A stretch of DNA of 64,000 nucleotides, taken from the NCBI GenBank assembly GCA_964016885.1, contig OZ024741.1, forward strand, positions 133,858,001 through 133,922,000, in the 5' to 3' direction. The notes beneath the pieces were generated by a model, which was given only the letters and a program-made list of their open reading frames with translations, ran no database searches and was not told the origin of the DNA. The stretch's first letter is position 1; each line of letters begins with the position of its first letter. The stretch is from Eledone cirrhosa. Its lineage: Eukaryota. Shown piece by piece: positions 13,899 through 27,395 of the stretch. The position numbers and the translations under genes are program-made.

Positions 13899-15358
13899 GT
13901 CGGGTCACTGCTGAGTGCTATTGGTAACATGTAACCCAGTACAACCTGTCGCATGGTCGGGTCATCGGCGACTAAACCGGCAACCCCACCAAGTTTACTT
14001 GGTGAGACGGGTGATTTTGGACACCCTGCAGGACAAAAAACAAAACCTGACAAAGGGCGGAAGAACTCATAAGAGTCAACGGCCATCCAAAAATGTGTAA
14101 ATATGTATATATACACATGTACATATGTATGTATATGTATATGTGTATATGCATGGGTGCGTGTGTATGTATATGCGCGGGGACATAGAAAAGGTCGGCC
14201 TGGACACCCGATCGCGCGGTTAAACCACTGGGAGTGAAGAACCCCTAGCCTTTGTTAGGGCATTTTTCTATGTTCGGGTCGTCGGTGACTAAACCGGCAA
14301 CCCCACCAAGTTTACTTGGTGAGGAGGGTGATTTTGGACACCCTGCAGGACAAAAAACAAAACCTGACAAAGGGCAGAAGAACTCATAAGAGTCGACGGC
14401 CATCCAAAAGTGTGTAAATATGTATATATACACATGTACATATGTATGTATATGTATATGTGTATATGCATGGGTGCGTGTGTATGTATATGCGCGGGGA
14501 CATAGAAAAGGTCGGCCTGGACACCCGATCGCGCGGTTAAACCACTGGGAGTGAAGAACCCCTAGCCTTTGTTAGGGCATTTTTCTATGTTCGGGTCGTC
14601 GGTGACTAAACCGGCAACCCCACCAAGTTTACTTGGTGAGACGGGTGATTTTGGACACCCTGCAGGACAAAAAACAAAACCTGACAAAGGGCGGAAGAAC
14701 TCATAAGAGTCAACGGCCATCCAAAAATGTGTAAATATGTATATATACACATGTACATATGTATGTATATGTATATGTGTATATGCATGGGTGCGTGTGT
14801 ATGTATATGCGCGGGGACATAGAAAAGGTCGGCCTGGACACCCGATCGCGCGGTTAAACCACTGGGAGTGAAGAACCCCTAGCCTTTGTTAGGGCATTTT
14901 TCTATGTTCGGGTCGTCGGTGACTAAACCGGCAACCCCACCAAGTTTACTTGGTGAGGAGGGTGATTTTGGACACCCTGCAGGACAAAAAACAAAACCTG
15001 ACAAAGGGCAGAAGAACTCATAAGAGTCGACGGCCATCCAAAAGTGTGTAAATATGTATATACAGATGTACATATGTATGTATATGCGCGGGGATATAGA
15101 AATAGTCGAGTTGTACACCCGATCGCGCTTTTAAACCACTGGGAGTGAAGGACTCCTAGCCTTTGTCAGGGCATTTTTCTAGAAGGCAACTCAGGAAACT
15201 GGGATAACTCCAATATAAAACCTGCGGCTCAGTAGTTACCGATGATGTTGATCTTTTCTTCTTTTGGGGTTATAGCTACTATCGCTCAGAGAGTGGGATT
15301 GATTGGCTCAGTGCACAGTCTTTCCTCACTTTAAAAAATATCTTCACGCACAGGCATT
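13899..15358 (+). mobile_element. (TATG)n-associated ORF-less element with an internal 317-bp tandem expansion (4 units)
   Basis: The 5' end is homologous to 27396-27590; CGGGTC recurs at 13958, 14275, 14592 and 14909; the last unit continues into sequence homologous to 27640-27792. Confidence 0.8.
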
Positions 15359-15438
15359 GTACGATAGAATTAAGTAATAATTATTAATAATGGTATATCG
15401 TGCAATGGTCATACTCGGAAACGAGGGGGCAGCCATCG

Positions 15439-15507
<69 letters not shown>

Positions 15508-15510
<3 letters not shown>

Positions 15511-16590
15511 GTGATGTTCTCTCTGAGGCAACTACAGATGAAGTGCATTGAACATGGAATGGATTTGTATCACGTCTTTGTTGATTTGCCAAAAGTTTTT
15601 GATATGGTGACAAGAATTGCCCTATGGAAGATTCTGACCAAACCCGGTTGTCCTGACAAGTCCGTATCTTTTCTGAACGTTTTTCATGATGGTATGCAAG
15701 CTTGTGTCAATATAGGTGGACAGGTGTCAGATCCCATTTTTGTTGAAAATTGGGTAAAACAAGAATATATACCAGTACTTACACTGTTTGCACTGCATTT
15801 CTCTATGATTTTCCTTATGGCATTTGATGACTGCACACATGGAATTTATATCAATATATATATATTTATTCGACGGACAATTTGTTTAACATTAGACGGT
15901 CTGCTGCCAAAACATAGGTGTTCACTTCATTAATACGTGAAATTTTGTATGAGATGATTGTGATTTTGTTGCTCACTCTGAGGGTCACATGTATCACCTG
16001 ATGGATTCTTCTTCGGAGGCATGCAGCGCATTGGGACTGAAAATCAGTTTGACCAAGAGAGTTGTCATGTATTAGCCTGCTCCGGGCAAGGATTTCACTA
16101 AGCCTAACATTTATGTGTATGACAAAACATTGAAGATTCTGGATAAATTTGTGCATTTATGCAGCGCAGTTAACATGACAAACACGCATAATGATGAAAT
16201 CTCGTTACGACTAAAGAAAGCAAGTGATTCTTTTTGGTAAATTAGATGGGCGTCTGTAGTATCGTGCTTGGGATTTTCATTGATACAAAGTCAAAGGAGT
16301 ATTGTCTTCATTGTTACAAGCATGCGAAACTTGGGTCACATACTAGCGAAATATATAACATTTTCATCAACATTGTCTTCGCCGAATACTCGGTATCCAT
16401 TGGCAATCACATATAAGTGATGTTGAGGTGCTGGAACGAAGTCATTTTGAAAGTATTGAATCTCTCATAATTCTATAATTACTGCGCTGGAGCGGCCATG
16501 TTGTAGGAGTACAAAATTATCGTATTTCTAAGCAGTTACTGTAGGGGGGTTACTCAAAAGCAAGCGACCAAGGCATAAACCAAAATTGGG
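15508..16590 (+). mobile_element. Decayed RTE-clade (BovB-like) LINE, RT and C-terminal region
   Basis: MFSLRQLQMKCIEH..FVDLPKVFDMV..LWKIL..GCPDK..FHDGM..VKQ; downstream frames resemble LRWSGHV and KQLL motifs. Confidence 0.8.
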
Positions 16591-17089
16591 CAAATAGTTT
16601 TTTCATTGATATAATTAGAAAGTATGTGTCTTATTTCTAAATATTAGGTTGCAGCTCATAAAAAAAGGAGAGATATTAAGGACCCAGTTTTCGAATTTAA
16701 AGTGCTTATAAACCAGCAAAATGAGCGCATTGTCTTTTTCAGCACACCAACGTAAACAGTATATTAATACGTAATTGAACCTTTCAGCCAATCATCTCCC
16801 TACACACTACATGGCTCACACCTTGTTATCCAATAAAAGAGTAGTTATCTGACTAGTTATTAAAGTGTACAACATATATAACGATTGATTTCCCTCTTGA
16901 GCGGTTGTTACTCTTTCCTTATCTCATCTTTGTGTTTATTTTATGTATACAAATAGTTTTCCAGTGACCGAGTTTTGTTCTTACTTATTTCTAGTAGAAT
17001 TATTTCTCCTAGTACCAACTACAGCCAAGATATCGAGTTGGTATATTTGTTTCCCTAGTTATTTATTTGACTCTAGTCATCTAGTATCC

Positions 17090-18440
17090 GCAGGGTTACA
17101 AAAAGTACAATCTTCGACATCCCTCATTGTTGAAGCATAAGGGATACGAAAAAAACATGAAAGCTAATGTTTTAAGAAAAATCGTTATGCAAACAGCAGT
17201 CTATTTTTAAAAGAGATATCAATGAAAACCAATTTATGGAGTGTGGAAGGTAATTTAGAAAAAAAAAGAAGGAAAATTACACTTAGAAAGCATATTTGTT
17301 AAAATGGGTATTAAAAGTGAATCTTAATTCTAGAAATGTCAGATTGTTTGTGAATAATAGTTTATCATCGAGGAGAGTTCTGCTCCATATGAGTGACATG
17401 GCTAATGATATCCAAGTATCCTTGAAGTAAGTGAAATCGAAATTTGTGTTTTATTCGATAGCTGTGGATAAGGTAAATATGGCACAGGTAGTTATATTTA
17501 TACAAGCGATAACGACAAAACTTTATCATATGATATTTACGTGCTTTACAGCTTCTACATGGGAATACCAGAGTTGAGAAATGCGTTATTCAAATGTACA
17601 TACCCCTCTACCCTACTCCTACAAAAAAATGAGGAGTAGTTTCAGATGGTGGGATCTCAAAATAGGGTTTGTTTAGCAACTAAACCCTAATATCTTAATA
17701 TTGTATCGACATGTGGGGCGTAGACATGGCTGTTGTTAAGAAATTCACGTGTGTTTTACATTAATCCTGGGGTCGACAAAAGCGTGTGGTTACGGAGACT
17801 GTGTGGAAGCCAATCAAGTGAATCGTTCACGGGTAGTGTTTAATATCATCATCCAACTCCGGCTTGTAGGTAACGGAGTACGCCTTGTTGGAAGCATTTG
17901 GACAACCTTTTCTATTTGTGAATAACTTCCCTCTTTCCTGTCACCAGCTTGCCCTTTCACCTTTCATTCTTGGAAATAAAAAAATTCAACATCAAAATTT
18001 ATTTGCACATTCTCTAAGAAAAATCGATGTAGTGAAAGTGATAACAAAACGTATTTACTTCCTAAAACGAGGATTTAAAGATATTTTGAAGGACTTCGAA
18101 GCAGAATAGGGTTCGAGTAATTTCTTGTACTATTAGAAGTTTTGCTGGCTAAGTAAATTTCAGAGCTCAAAGCACTTCTATGAGCTAAGAGATAAATTGA
18201 AACGTTTCGAGGATTTTAAAGATATTACATTGTTGAGTTAGAGGTCCAAAAATGTTGATGTAATTTAGAATTTATGATGGATAGCGGCATTCAGTTCTTC
18301 GGATTGGCTTATAATCTCTCTTCAATTATTGTAACTCAATTTAAAAACAGTCTGGTAGGTTTTTCAACACTAAAGAAAGACAGACTAGAATCCATTTCGG
18401 TGTATGCCGCTAGAGTGTTTCAATATTCTCGATAAATTTC
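17090..18440 (+). mobile_element. Highly decayed hAT (Charlie/SPIN-like) transposase remnant
   Basis: Patchy translations such as SDMANDIQ, DVVKVITK and a WLS motif; no clear TIR found. Confidence 0.3.
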
Positions 18441-18457
18441 AAAAGATGTTTATAAAA

Positions 18458-18791
18458 TAATTGTTTCTACTTTTGGCACAAGGCCAGCAATTACCTCAGT
18501 ATATTACTGGTTCTTTATTTATCGACTCCATAAGGATGAAAGGCAAAGTTAACATTGGCGAGATTTGAACTCAGATCATAAAGTGCCGTAACTCTTTGCT
18601 GCAAAGCATGGCGTCAGACGCTCTACTGTTATAAAATAATTGTTTCTACGTTTGGCACAAGACCAGCAATTACCCAGTGAATCGACTCCGTAAGGATGAA
18701 AGGCAAAGTTAACCTCGTCGGGATTTGAACTCAGATTGGCAAGGGTCGTAACTCTATGCGTCAAAGCATGGCGTCCGACCCTCTACCGATA
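18458..18791 (-). mobile_element. Two tandem tRNA-SINE copies
   Basis: SINE core and B-box in reverse complement, twice. Confidence 0.8.
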
Positions 18792-18917
18792 CAAAATAAT
18801 GAGCTCAAACAATCAAAAAGCCTCCTTCGATCAGGGCTGACCATGGGTGGTATCCCAGTTGCTGTCTGTTCGGCTGGAACAGCGTTTCCTGTGACTAAAC
18901 AGACCTATGCGTGAGTG

Positions 18918-21151
18918 CAGTGGCATAGTTAGGGTAAACGGCGCCCAAGGCAAGCATCAAAATTGCCCCCCCCCCCCCCCCCCTTCCAAGATCCACAAAG
19001 ACGAAATTGCGATAGAATTTGTAATAAAAAAACAAAAAACGGTTACAACTTGATTTTTCGAGCTTTTAATGACGCAAACTGGTTGATAATTTCCTCGAAA
19101 TCAGTTCGTTCAAACTCTTCGATTTCTACACTCAAAAGGGCGAGGTCAGTCAGCTGTTGTTGGCCCATTGAGGTTCGCAAATACGAATGTATTAGCTTCA
19201 GCTTGCTGAACAACTGGCAATTCAAATAGAAATCGTCAACATTATTTGAATGATGATTCGCAAATTGGGAAAAACACATTCATCGCCGTATTGTATGATG
19301 AATTGGAGAAATGCCTCCGGCTTTAAAATTGGGTCAGCTGTCCTAGTAGCCAGCAAAGATCGGCAGTCCAAGATTTCCTCATACAATTGCTCTCCATCGA
19401 TGTCGGAGTTGTATAGTTCCGCACGACTGTTGCACCTTTGTTTAAGGACAAGGTTATCAGGAGCAGCCAAATAAAACAGATAGTTGACATCAAGAAGAAA
19501 GCCAAAACTTGAGTCGGTTTCTTTAAGTCGAATAAACCGTTCTTCCATTTCTGTTTGAAGACGATTGAGTGAACTTTGCACTGCTCTCTCTATCTCTTTT
19601 CTGGCGCAGCCACCTCGACGTCCTCAGTAATTTCGGAATTGGTTTGTCGTCTTCCTCGCCTCCTCGGAAAATCGACATTCCATTTCTGGCAGAGGTCGAA
19701 GCCCATTTCAAGAGACTCGTGGGTTAAGGATGTTCCTTCTTCTTTAAAATAAAGTTGAAGGGCTTCTATATCAGTTGCAGCATCGTGAAAATTCATTCTT
19801 TGATATTGAAGTCTCTTTTGAACCCGGTCAATTCGTGAGAGAATCGTGTTCCAGAATCCAATCAAGTTCAGGAATTCAGAACTCAGTATCCGATTATGGA
19901 GATTACTGGCATCACTTCTACTCTCACATGTCTCTGTTTCATCATCACTAATTTTTTCGAGAACTTGAACAATCAGCGTCAAATAATTCGCCACCGGTCT
20001 GACTGCGGTACATCTAGCACTCCACCGCGTGTCGGAAGGATATTTAACACCCACTGGAGCAAATTCTTTAAGGGCTTCCCATCGTCGTGTTGAACGAGAA
20101 AAAAAGTTGTATAACGAGTCAATGCAACTGAAAAAGTTCACCATAGCAGAATCGTTTTTGGCTGCATGAAGACCAACCAGATTAAGTGAATGGTTATCGC
20201 AATTAACGAAGTGAATCAAATTATTCTTCTCTCTCATTCTCTGCTGAACCCCACTGTGGTGCCCAGCCATTATGGCAGCATTGTCATAGCACTGCGATCG
20301 ACAGTTCTGCAGTGGTAGATCATCTTTTTCTAGCTCTTTCACGATTGTTTCAACAAGGCTTGCGGCATCTTTTTTGATTACTTGAATGAATCCAATAAAA
20401 GATTCCCTCACAACGACCGTCTTCATATTGAAATCAACATCGACATATCGCACAACTTTTGACAGTTGTTCTCGGTGCGCCTGGTCAGGGGTCGAATCAA
20501 TCAGCAGACCATAGTATCTTGCTTTTTGGATACGATTTAGTAAATTCTGACGAACTGTATTATAGAAGAAAACATTGAACCATCTAAACTGGAGTCAAAT
20601 TGAATTACTAATAGAAGATATCCGATCCTATCTGTCCATTTGGATTATGGTACCTTTTCTATACGTCTTATGTACCAGTTGTAAAAGACAAACTACTCTG
20701 TTTTGTAAACCAGCTTCATAATTATAATTATCTTGTATTGGTCATTGCAATGCATTGCTAAAAATAGCGCCTGCATGTCCACCAGTTGCACGTCCAAAAC
20801 TACGTCCCTTCAGTCAGTGTGTGTGTGGGGGGGGGGGGTTGTGAGGTCAAGTGAGGTATCCGCTGTTTTGCAATGTATAGCTAAAAATAGCGCCCGCATA
20901 ATTGCAACCCACCCTGCTGTCAGTGTGGAGGGGGCGTTTTTGTGAAGTCAAATCAGACATCTGCTCTGTCTAGTGCACTAGACATGGCGTGGAAATCGGA
21001 TATCAAGAAATCACATGCTTCATTTTTGGCTTATATTTTTAAAAATGATAAAAACGATATGGATGTAAATCGATCTAGGTCGAAATTGCGCCCCCCTAAA
21101 TATGGCGCCCGTAGCATGTGCCCTGCTTACCACACCCTAGCTACGCCACTG
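18918..21151 (-). mobile_element. hAT DNA transposon (Tip100/ZMYM1-like) with internal deletion
   Basis: TIRs CAGTGGCATAGTTAGGGT and ACCCTAGCTACGCCACTG; 8-bp TSD CGTGAGTG at 18910-18917 and 21152-21159. Confidence 0.92.
19043..20555 (-). pseudogene. Frameshifted hAT transposase (catalytic and dimerisation domains)
   Basis: DSTPD..EQLS..RYVD, CYDNAAIMAG, CDNHSLNLV (CxxH), TRWS, FSKLKLIHSYLRTSMGQ..L..LALLSVE across three ORFs; N-terminus missing. Confidence 0.88.
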
Positions 21152-22048
21152 CGTGAGTGACAATCTCTGTCACATAGGTTCGAATTATAAATATTTTTTA
21201 TGTGATGCCGGACAAAATTCTTGATTTTTTGCGAATCGAATTAATTCTTTGAATTGAATATTTTTGTTTGTTTGTTTGTTTGTTTTTTGTTTCGTTTTTA
21301 TTTTTTATTATTTTGAAATTATATTTTTCTGTTTTGAAATTATAGAATCCAGTGTAGGTATTTTAAAATAACCACTTTGTGGGTATTTCAGTTTGCACTA
21401 TCGTTTTTTAAAACTTAGCAATTTTTAATGCTTATTTTGCCACTCGTTGGCCTTATGGTCTATTTTATTGTTTTATTTTATTTTATATTTTAATTTAGAT
21501 TTTCTTTTTATATTCACTTATCTCTGTATATCTTGTTTTTGATTCTCAACAGTAAGAATTACTATGTACTTCTCTTAGTCTGTCATGGCTTACAAGTTCT
21601 AACCGGATTTAAAATTGATCAAATAAATAAAATAGGTTTATGCGAGAATCCTTTACGTGTTCAAATTATATTTCATATCAAAATTGCTGGATTGTCAATC
21701 ACATTTGACATTCTGATCTTTCCGAAGCAACACAGAACCAACGTTCTCATTAAGACACCAGGTATAAATTTTCTTTAGATTTAATCATTGTATTTGATGC
21801 GCATTTTCTTTTGCCAATTGATAAATTAATTATGTGATTGCGTGCCCACCTGTCAATTTGTAAAATTTTTAATAAATTTGTTTCCTGGCGAAAACTCCTA
21901 CTTGTACTCATATTTCTTCCCTTGTGCTAACAAATGTTCTCATAGCTAAATCGTCCTTGAACTAATGTCCTAAAGCATGAAGGACATATATAATGTCATC
22001 TTAGATATTATTTTCTCCAAATAATAGAATCAGGATAGTAGCCATGGA

Positions 22049-22088
<40 letters not shown>

Positions 22089-22156
22089 TATTTTTCTAGA
22101 TGAACTGTTGAACTATATGTAAAACTATATTACACGATGGCACCTTGATTTTGTAT

Positions 22157-22332
<176 letters not shown>

Positions 22333-22587
22333 CCAATAGTGACCATATCGCTAGAATGTAAGAGGGATCAAAATTGTGGCCTATCTTCAGGCGCTTATAT
22401 GAGTTTATAAGATACCGTTAAAATATGTAAGATTACTTTTACATTCTGGCGATATGGTCAATATTGGGCCTTGAAACTGCTGGTGCTTTTGTCCGTGTAT
22501 GAACATAGATAAACAATATAATATATCACCTCTCTTCCCAATTGAGCACCATTTTCCTTTTTCCTTTTTCACACCTGCGCATATTGT

Positions 22588-22711
<124 letters not shown>

Positions 22712-22819
22712 TATAAAAAGATATAAAGATGGTGAAATGAAAAGACCTACTTTTTCTCTGAGAAATATTTTCGTTTCTGCCCCTCTATCTTTCTATTTCT
22801 TCTTTAATTTCTCATTCTA

Positions 22820-22856
22820 TTTTCTGATGAAGGACTCGCGTCCGAAATGTTAAAAC
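22820..22856 (+). ncRNA. Minimal hammerhead motif (same family as 31631-31666)
   Basis: CTGATGA-A-GGAC/TCGC/GTCC-GAAATGTT; shares the upstream ATTTCTCATTCT with the 31.6-kb copy. Confidence 0.65.
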
Positions 22857-22997
22857 GTTTCCTACTATATTAAGGGTGAAACAAATATATATATATTCAT
22901 TATACTTCATCGTCTGTTGTGTTTTTCCGTTAACGTTTCGCATACATACACACATATGCATATATGTATACGTATGTATATGAATATATATGGAGTG

Positions 22998-23082
<85 letters not shown>

Positions 23083-23477
23083 GGGTGGGCTGAACCGTAG
23101 CAACACAACAATGATCAAAAGACCGAGAGAGCCTATATGCCGTCGTTCGACCATCTATAAGTAATAGTTAAATGTCTACGGAGGTAGGTCATATTGAATA
23201 AAACAGTTTTTTATGCACACTATATTGAAAAAAATGGTGGAACGCCTTTGATCATACCTTTTATCGATCTATGTTGAGGTTTTATTTATTTGTTTTGTCT
23301 AGGAAATGGCTGGACTAGTGACCCGGGGCTAAACAACAACAAATAGATCTTCAAGCTACTGCCTAGTTACAAATAAGTGTAATACAGGTGACTACGAAGT
23401 TTCCACAGAGTTGCTTCATTCGGTTACGTGGAGTTGTAGGTGCTTAAATATAGATACGGTTAATATATATATAATTT

Positions 23478-23557
<80 letters not shown>

Positions 23558-23573
23558 CATATATACATACATA

Positions 23574-23758
23574 TGGTGGTTGCCAACTCGTTTTCGAGTA
23601 CGGCCACTACTTTATATCCATGTAGGAGAACCCCTACCGATGCCTTTTAGTCCAGCCAGCGACTTGAAAACTCTGGTAAAAACACTATTATTGACACATA
23701 GTGCTGGGCCCATGGTACCATGTGACGACAAGTGCAGAGAGATCGCCAGCTATAAAGC
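23574..23758 (-). mobile_element. 3' module of the (TATG)n-associated element, standing alone
   Basis: Reverse complement of 27793-28005 with two short deletions; CATACAT repeats on both sides. Confidence 0.8.
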
Positions 23759-24164
23759 ATACATACATACACACATAATTACATATACATATTATGTATA
23801 TAGAAATAACATCTAAAGGACTAGAATTGTTTCATTCGAATGATTTATGCGAATTAATGAAATAATTCTAGTACTGGGGTCGATTTTTCCTCCATATCTC
23901 TTTCGCAATCTCTATCCTTCTCTGGAAGAAATCTGCTGTACCAAGGCCTGGAAATGGAATGGGCTCCACTAGGTTTAATAATGCCCTAATAAAATCCGTA
24001 TGTCAATATGACGCCTTTACGACTCACTCGGGAGTTATGGATCAATACCATATATGGGTTCTTTAAAAAGAAAGTAAAATTTGAGGAAGTAAAAAAAAAT
24101 CTCGTAAACTTTTTAAGAAATAATTTTTAAATTAGACACAAGGCTATCAGGTTTGAGATGAGGA

Positions 24165-24332
24165 TTAAATCGATTACACCGACCCCAATAAATAATTGGT
24201 ACTTTACTTGGTCGATTCTGTAAGGATGAAAGGTAAAGCCGACATCGGAGAGGTTTGAACTTATAACGTAAAGAGCCATAACTAAATGCCTCAAAGATTT
24301 TTACCCGACGCTTTAACAATTCTGCCCATCCA
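24165..24332 (-). mobile_element. Diverged tRNA-SINE
   Basis: TAAGGATGAAAGGTAAAG..GGTTTGAACT..TTCTGCCCATCC. Confidence 0.6.
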
Positions 24333-24387
24333 AACAATGTACTCTGACTATTGTATTTGTTCTACACACACACACACACACACACAC

Positions 24388-24438
<51 letters not shown>

Positions 24439-24511
24439 CATATATACATACACACACATATATGCGTATGTATGTGTGAATATCTCTCTCTCAAAATGTA
24501 TATACACAGAG

Positions 24512-24565
<54 letters not shown>

Positions 24566-24872
24566 GACAAGACAAACACAGAGATGCAAAAATAGTCTTA
24601 TTAGTTTTACTCTCTTGCTCAAAGATATAATGCCTGTCTAGGAATCGAGCTCACAAACCTCGAGATTGTGAATACACCACTCTAACCACTAAACCACACC
24701 CTTTCTACACACACACACACAGAGACAGACTCATACACACACACACAGACTCATACACACTCACAAACACGGGCCCACGCGCATATACATATACATATAC
24801 ATATATATATATATTGTTATACTTTGGGAGGGTAAAGTACTCCTGGAAACAGAAAAGTGATCAGAGATCTAG

Positions 24873-24907
<35 letters not shown>

Positions 24908-24934
24908 TATATACATATATATATATATATACAC

Positions 24935-25045
<111 letters not shown>

Positions 25046-25245
25046 TATACAGATCAGAGCAAACAGCACGGACACTCTATCTCAAAGTTATTTTTGAAAA
25101 GCATTTAGAAATGCGCAACCGGTAAACACTTAAAAACTTAAAACAACAACTGAATACTAACCCATACAATCACTAATACTCTTTTATTCCTAATTAAACC
25201 ATTTTTCAACTGTGAACAATTTGTCAGCATTTTCTATTCCGTTTA

Positions 25246-25381
<136 letters not shown>

Positions 25382-25814
25382 TATACATGAATATATATGT
25401 GTTTGTGTGTATCTCTGTGTATCTCTGTGTGTATCTGTGAGTGTGTCTATCCGTACGTGTACCGAGTATATAATTCTTGAAATTAATATAATGCCTTACC
25501 TGACTGAGAAGTCTTTTCCCGCGCACCTTATATTATGCTGTGTGTATACTGATTGAGTTGTAGTCTCACGTGTCTGTGTGTGTGTCTGTGTAGATATGTG
25601 CATACATATGTGTGTGTACGTGTTATTGTATTACTACACGACGTGTTTCAGCCGACAGCCTGAGGCCATGCTCGAGCACTGCCATTATGTATGCATCTAT
25701 GTATGTATGCATGCATGCATGCATGCATGTATGTATGAATGTGAGTGTGTGTATATATGTGTGGATTGATAAATATATATGTTAGTTTTCGTGAATGTCG
25801 GCTTTGATTGTAGA

Positions 25815-25887
<73 letters not shown>

Positions 25888-26705
25888 GGTGGTGGTGGTG
25901 GTGGTGGTGGTGGTGGTGGTGGTTGTTGTTATTGTTTGCACATCTTTTTGCTAATGTTGCTGCTGAAGATATTATTGTGATGGTGATGGTGGTGGTGTTA
26001 TTATTGGTGTTGACTGTGGTGTTGATGGTAGTGATGATGTTGGCGGTAGCGGTGGTTTTGATAGTGGTGTTAGTGGTGGCGGTAGCGTTTGTAGCTGGCG
26101 ATGATAGTTGTGGTGGTGATGTTGGTAGTGATAACGATATCACTGATGGTAGTTGTACTAGTATTGGTGGTGTCGGTGGTCAAGCGGTTTGTGGCTTATA
26201 TGATAGTGGTGTTGACGATAGTATTGATGGTGATGGTAGGGTTGGTTTCTTTGATGATGGTAAGGGTTGAGGTGGTAGTAGTTTGATAGTAGTATTGGTG
26301 GTGGTGGTGGTGGTGGTGGTGGTGGTGGTAGTCGTCGTTATAGTTGTGTAGTAGTGGTGGGGGCTGTATGTACAGTGGTGGTTGTGGATGTAGTAGCGGT
26401 ATTGACAGTAGTGGTGATAGCGGTGTTTAATGGAATATGTAGTGGTGATAGGAGGGGTGTGTTGTTAGTGGTAGTGGTAATAGTGATGGTGATAGTGGTG
26501 GTGATGGTTGTAATAATGTTGTTATTGTTGTGGTTGTTAGTGATGGTAATAATTGTTTCTACTATTGGCACAAGGCCAGCAATTCACCAGTGTATTACTG
26601 GTACTTTATTTTATCGACCCCGTAAGGATGAAAGGCAAAATAATGTTATTATTATTGTTGTTGTTGGGGGTGGTTGTGGTAGTGGTGGTGTGGTGATAGT
26701 GATGG
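25815..26705. repeat. (TAG)n/(TGG)n and degenerate trinucleotide low-complexity tract with a SINE fragment at 26549-26638
   Basis: Direct inspection. Confidence 0.85.
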
Positions 26706-27395
26706 TCCAAGTCCTAGTGTTGCAAGCAGACCGGAGATCAAATAGCATTCTAGTCGTGACCATCCCTTTTGTTTGGAGTTGTCTAGGTCTAAATTATCTA
26801 TTAAGTCATTTCTTTATATGAGATGTTGAAAGTAGATTTTGCTACTATTTCTAGCAGTTAGAACGCCCACATAAAGGTTTTCCCACTACCTCCTGTCTAC
26901 ACTGACTGAGCTGAGAAAAATTTACATAAACTAACGATAGCATTCTATACAGCCACCCAGTTTTCGTATCTAGTTTCATACAACATAGCTTATTTTAGTT
27001 TTAATTAAGCAAATTACACTTGGCCAGGAAGGTGCTTAACTCTTTTTTTTGTGTATTAAAGAGTCTGTATTTGGTTGAGGGCGAGAAAAACAAAGCCGAT
27101 GAGGCCGAAACACGTGTCCATATTTGCTCAACACTTCCGAAACAAAGACCAGGATATCCTTTTCCTGAAGCATATTAATTTAACCCTGAATTTATGTTTA
27201 TTTTTTATAAGTATTGCCTCTTCTAATTCAGATTTATTAATAATTTTTTTTTTTTCCTTGTCTAGGAGGGAAATTTTGATAAGTTAAAAATTCATCCTAT
27301 ACGGCATCCTGCACAAACACATTATAATTATGTATGTATGTATGTATGTATGTATGTATGTATGTATGTATGTATGTATGTATGTATGTATGTAT

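Noticed and set aside
13955-15180. Regularly spaced repeat suggesting CRISPR
   Set aside because: Whole 317-bp units repeat, there are no unique spacers or cas genes, and the context is eukaryotic.
18830-18908. TATCCCAGT and GACTAAAC words shared with the HDV-like leader
   Set aside because: The surrounding pairings do not match; may be coincidence.
25923-26821. Val-rich, membrane-like ORFs
   Set aside because: Products of GTA/GGT low-complexity sequence plus a SINE fragment.
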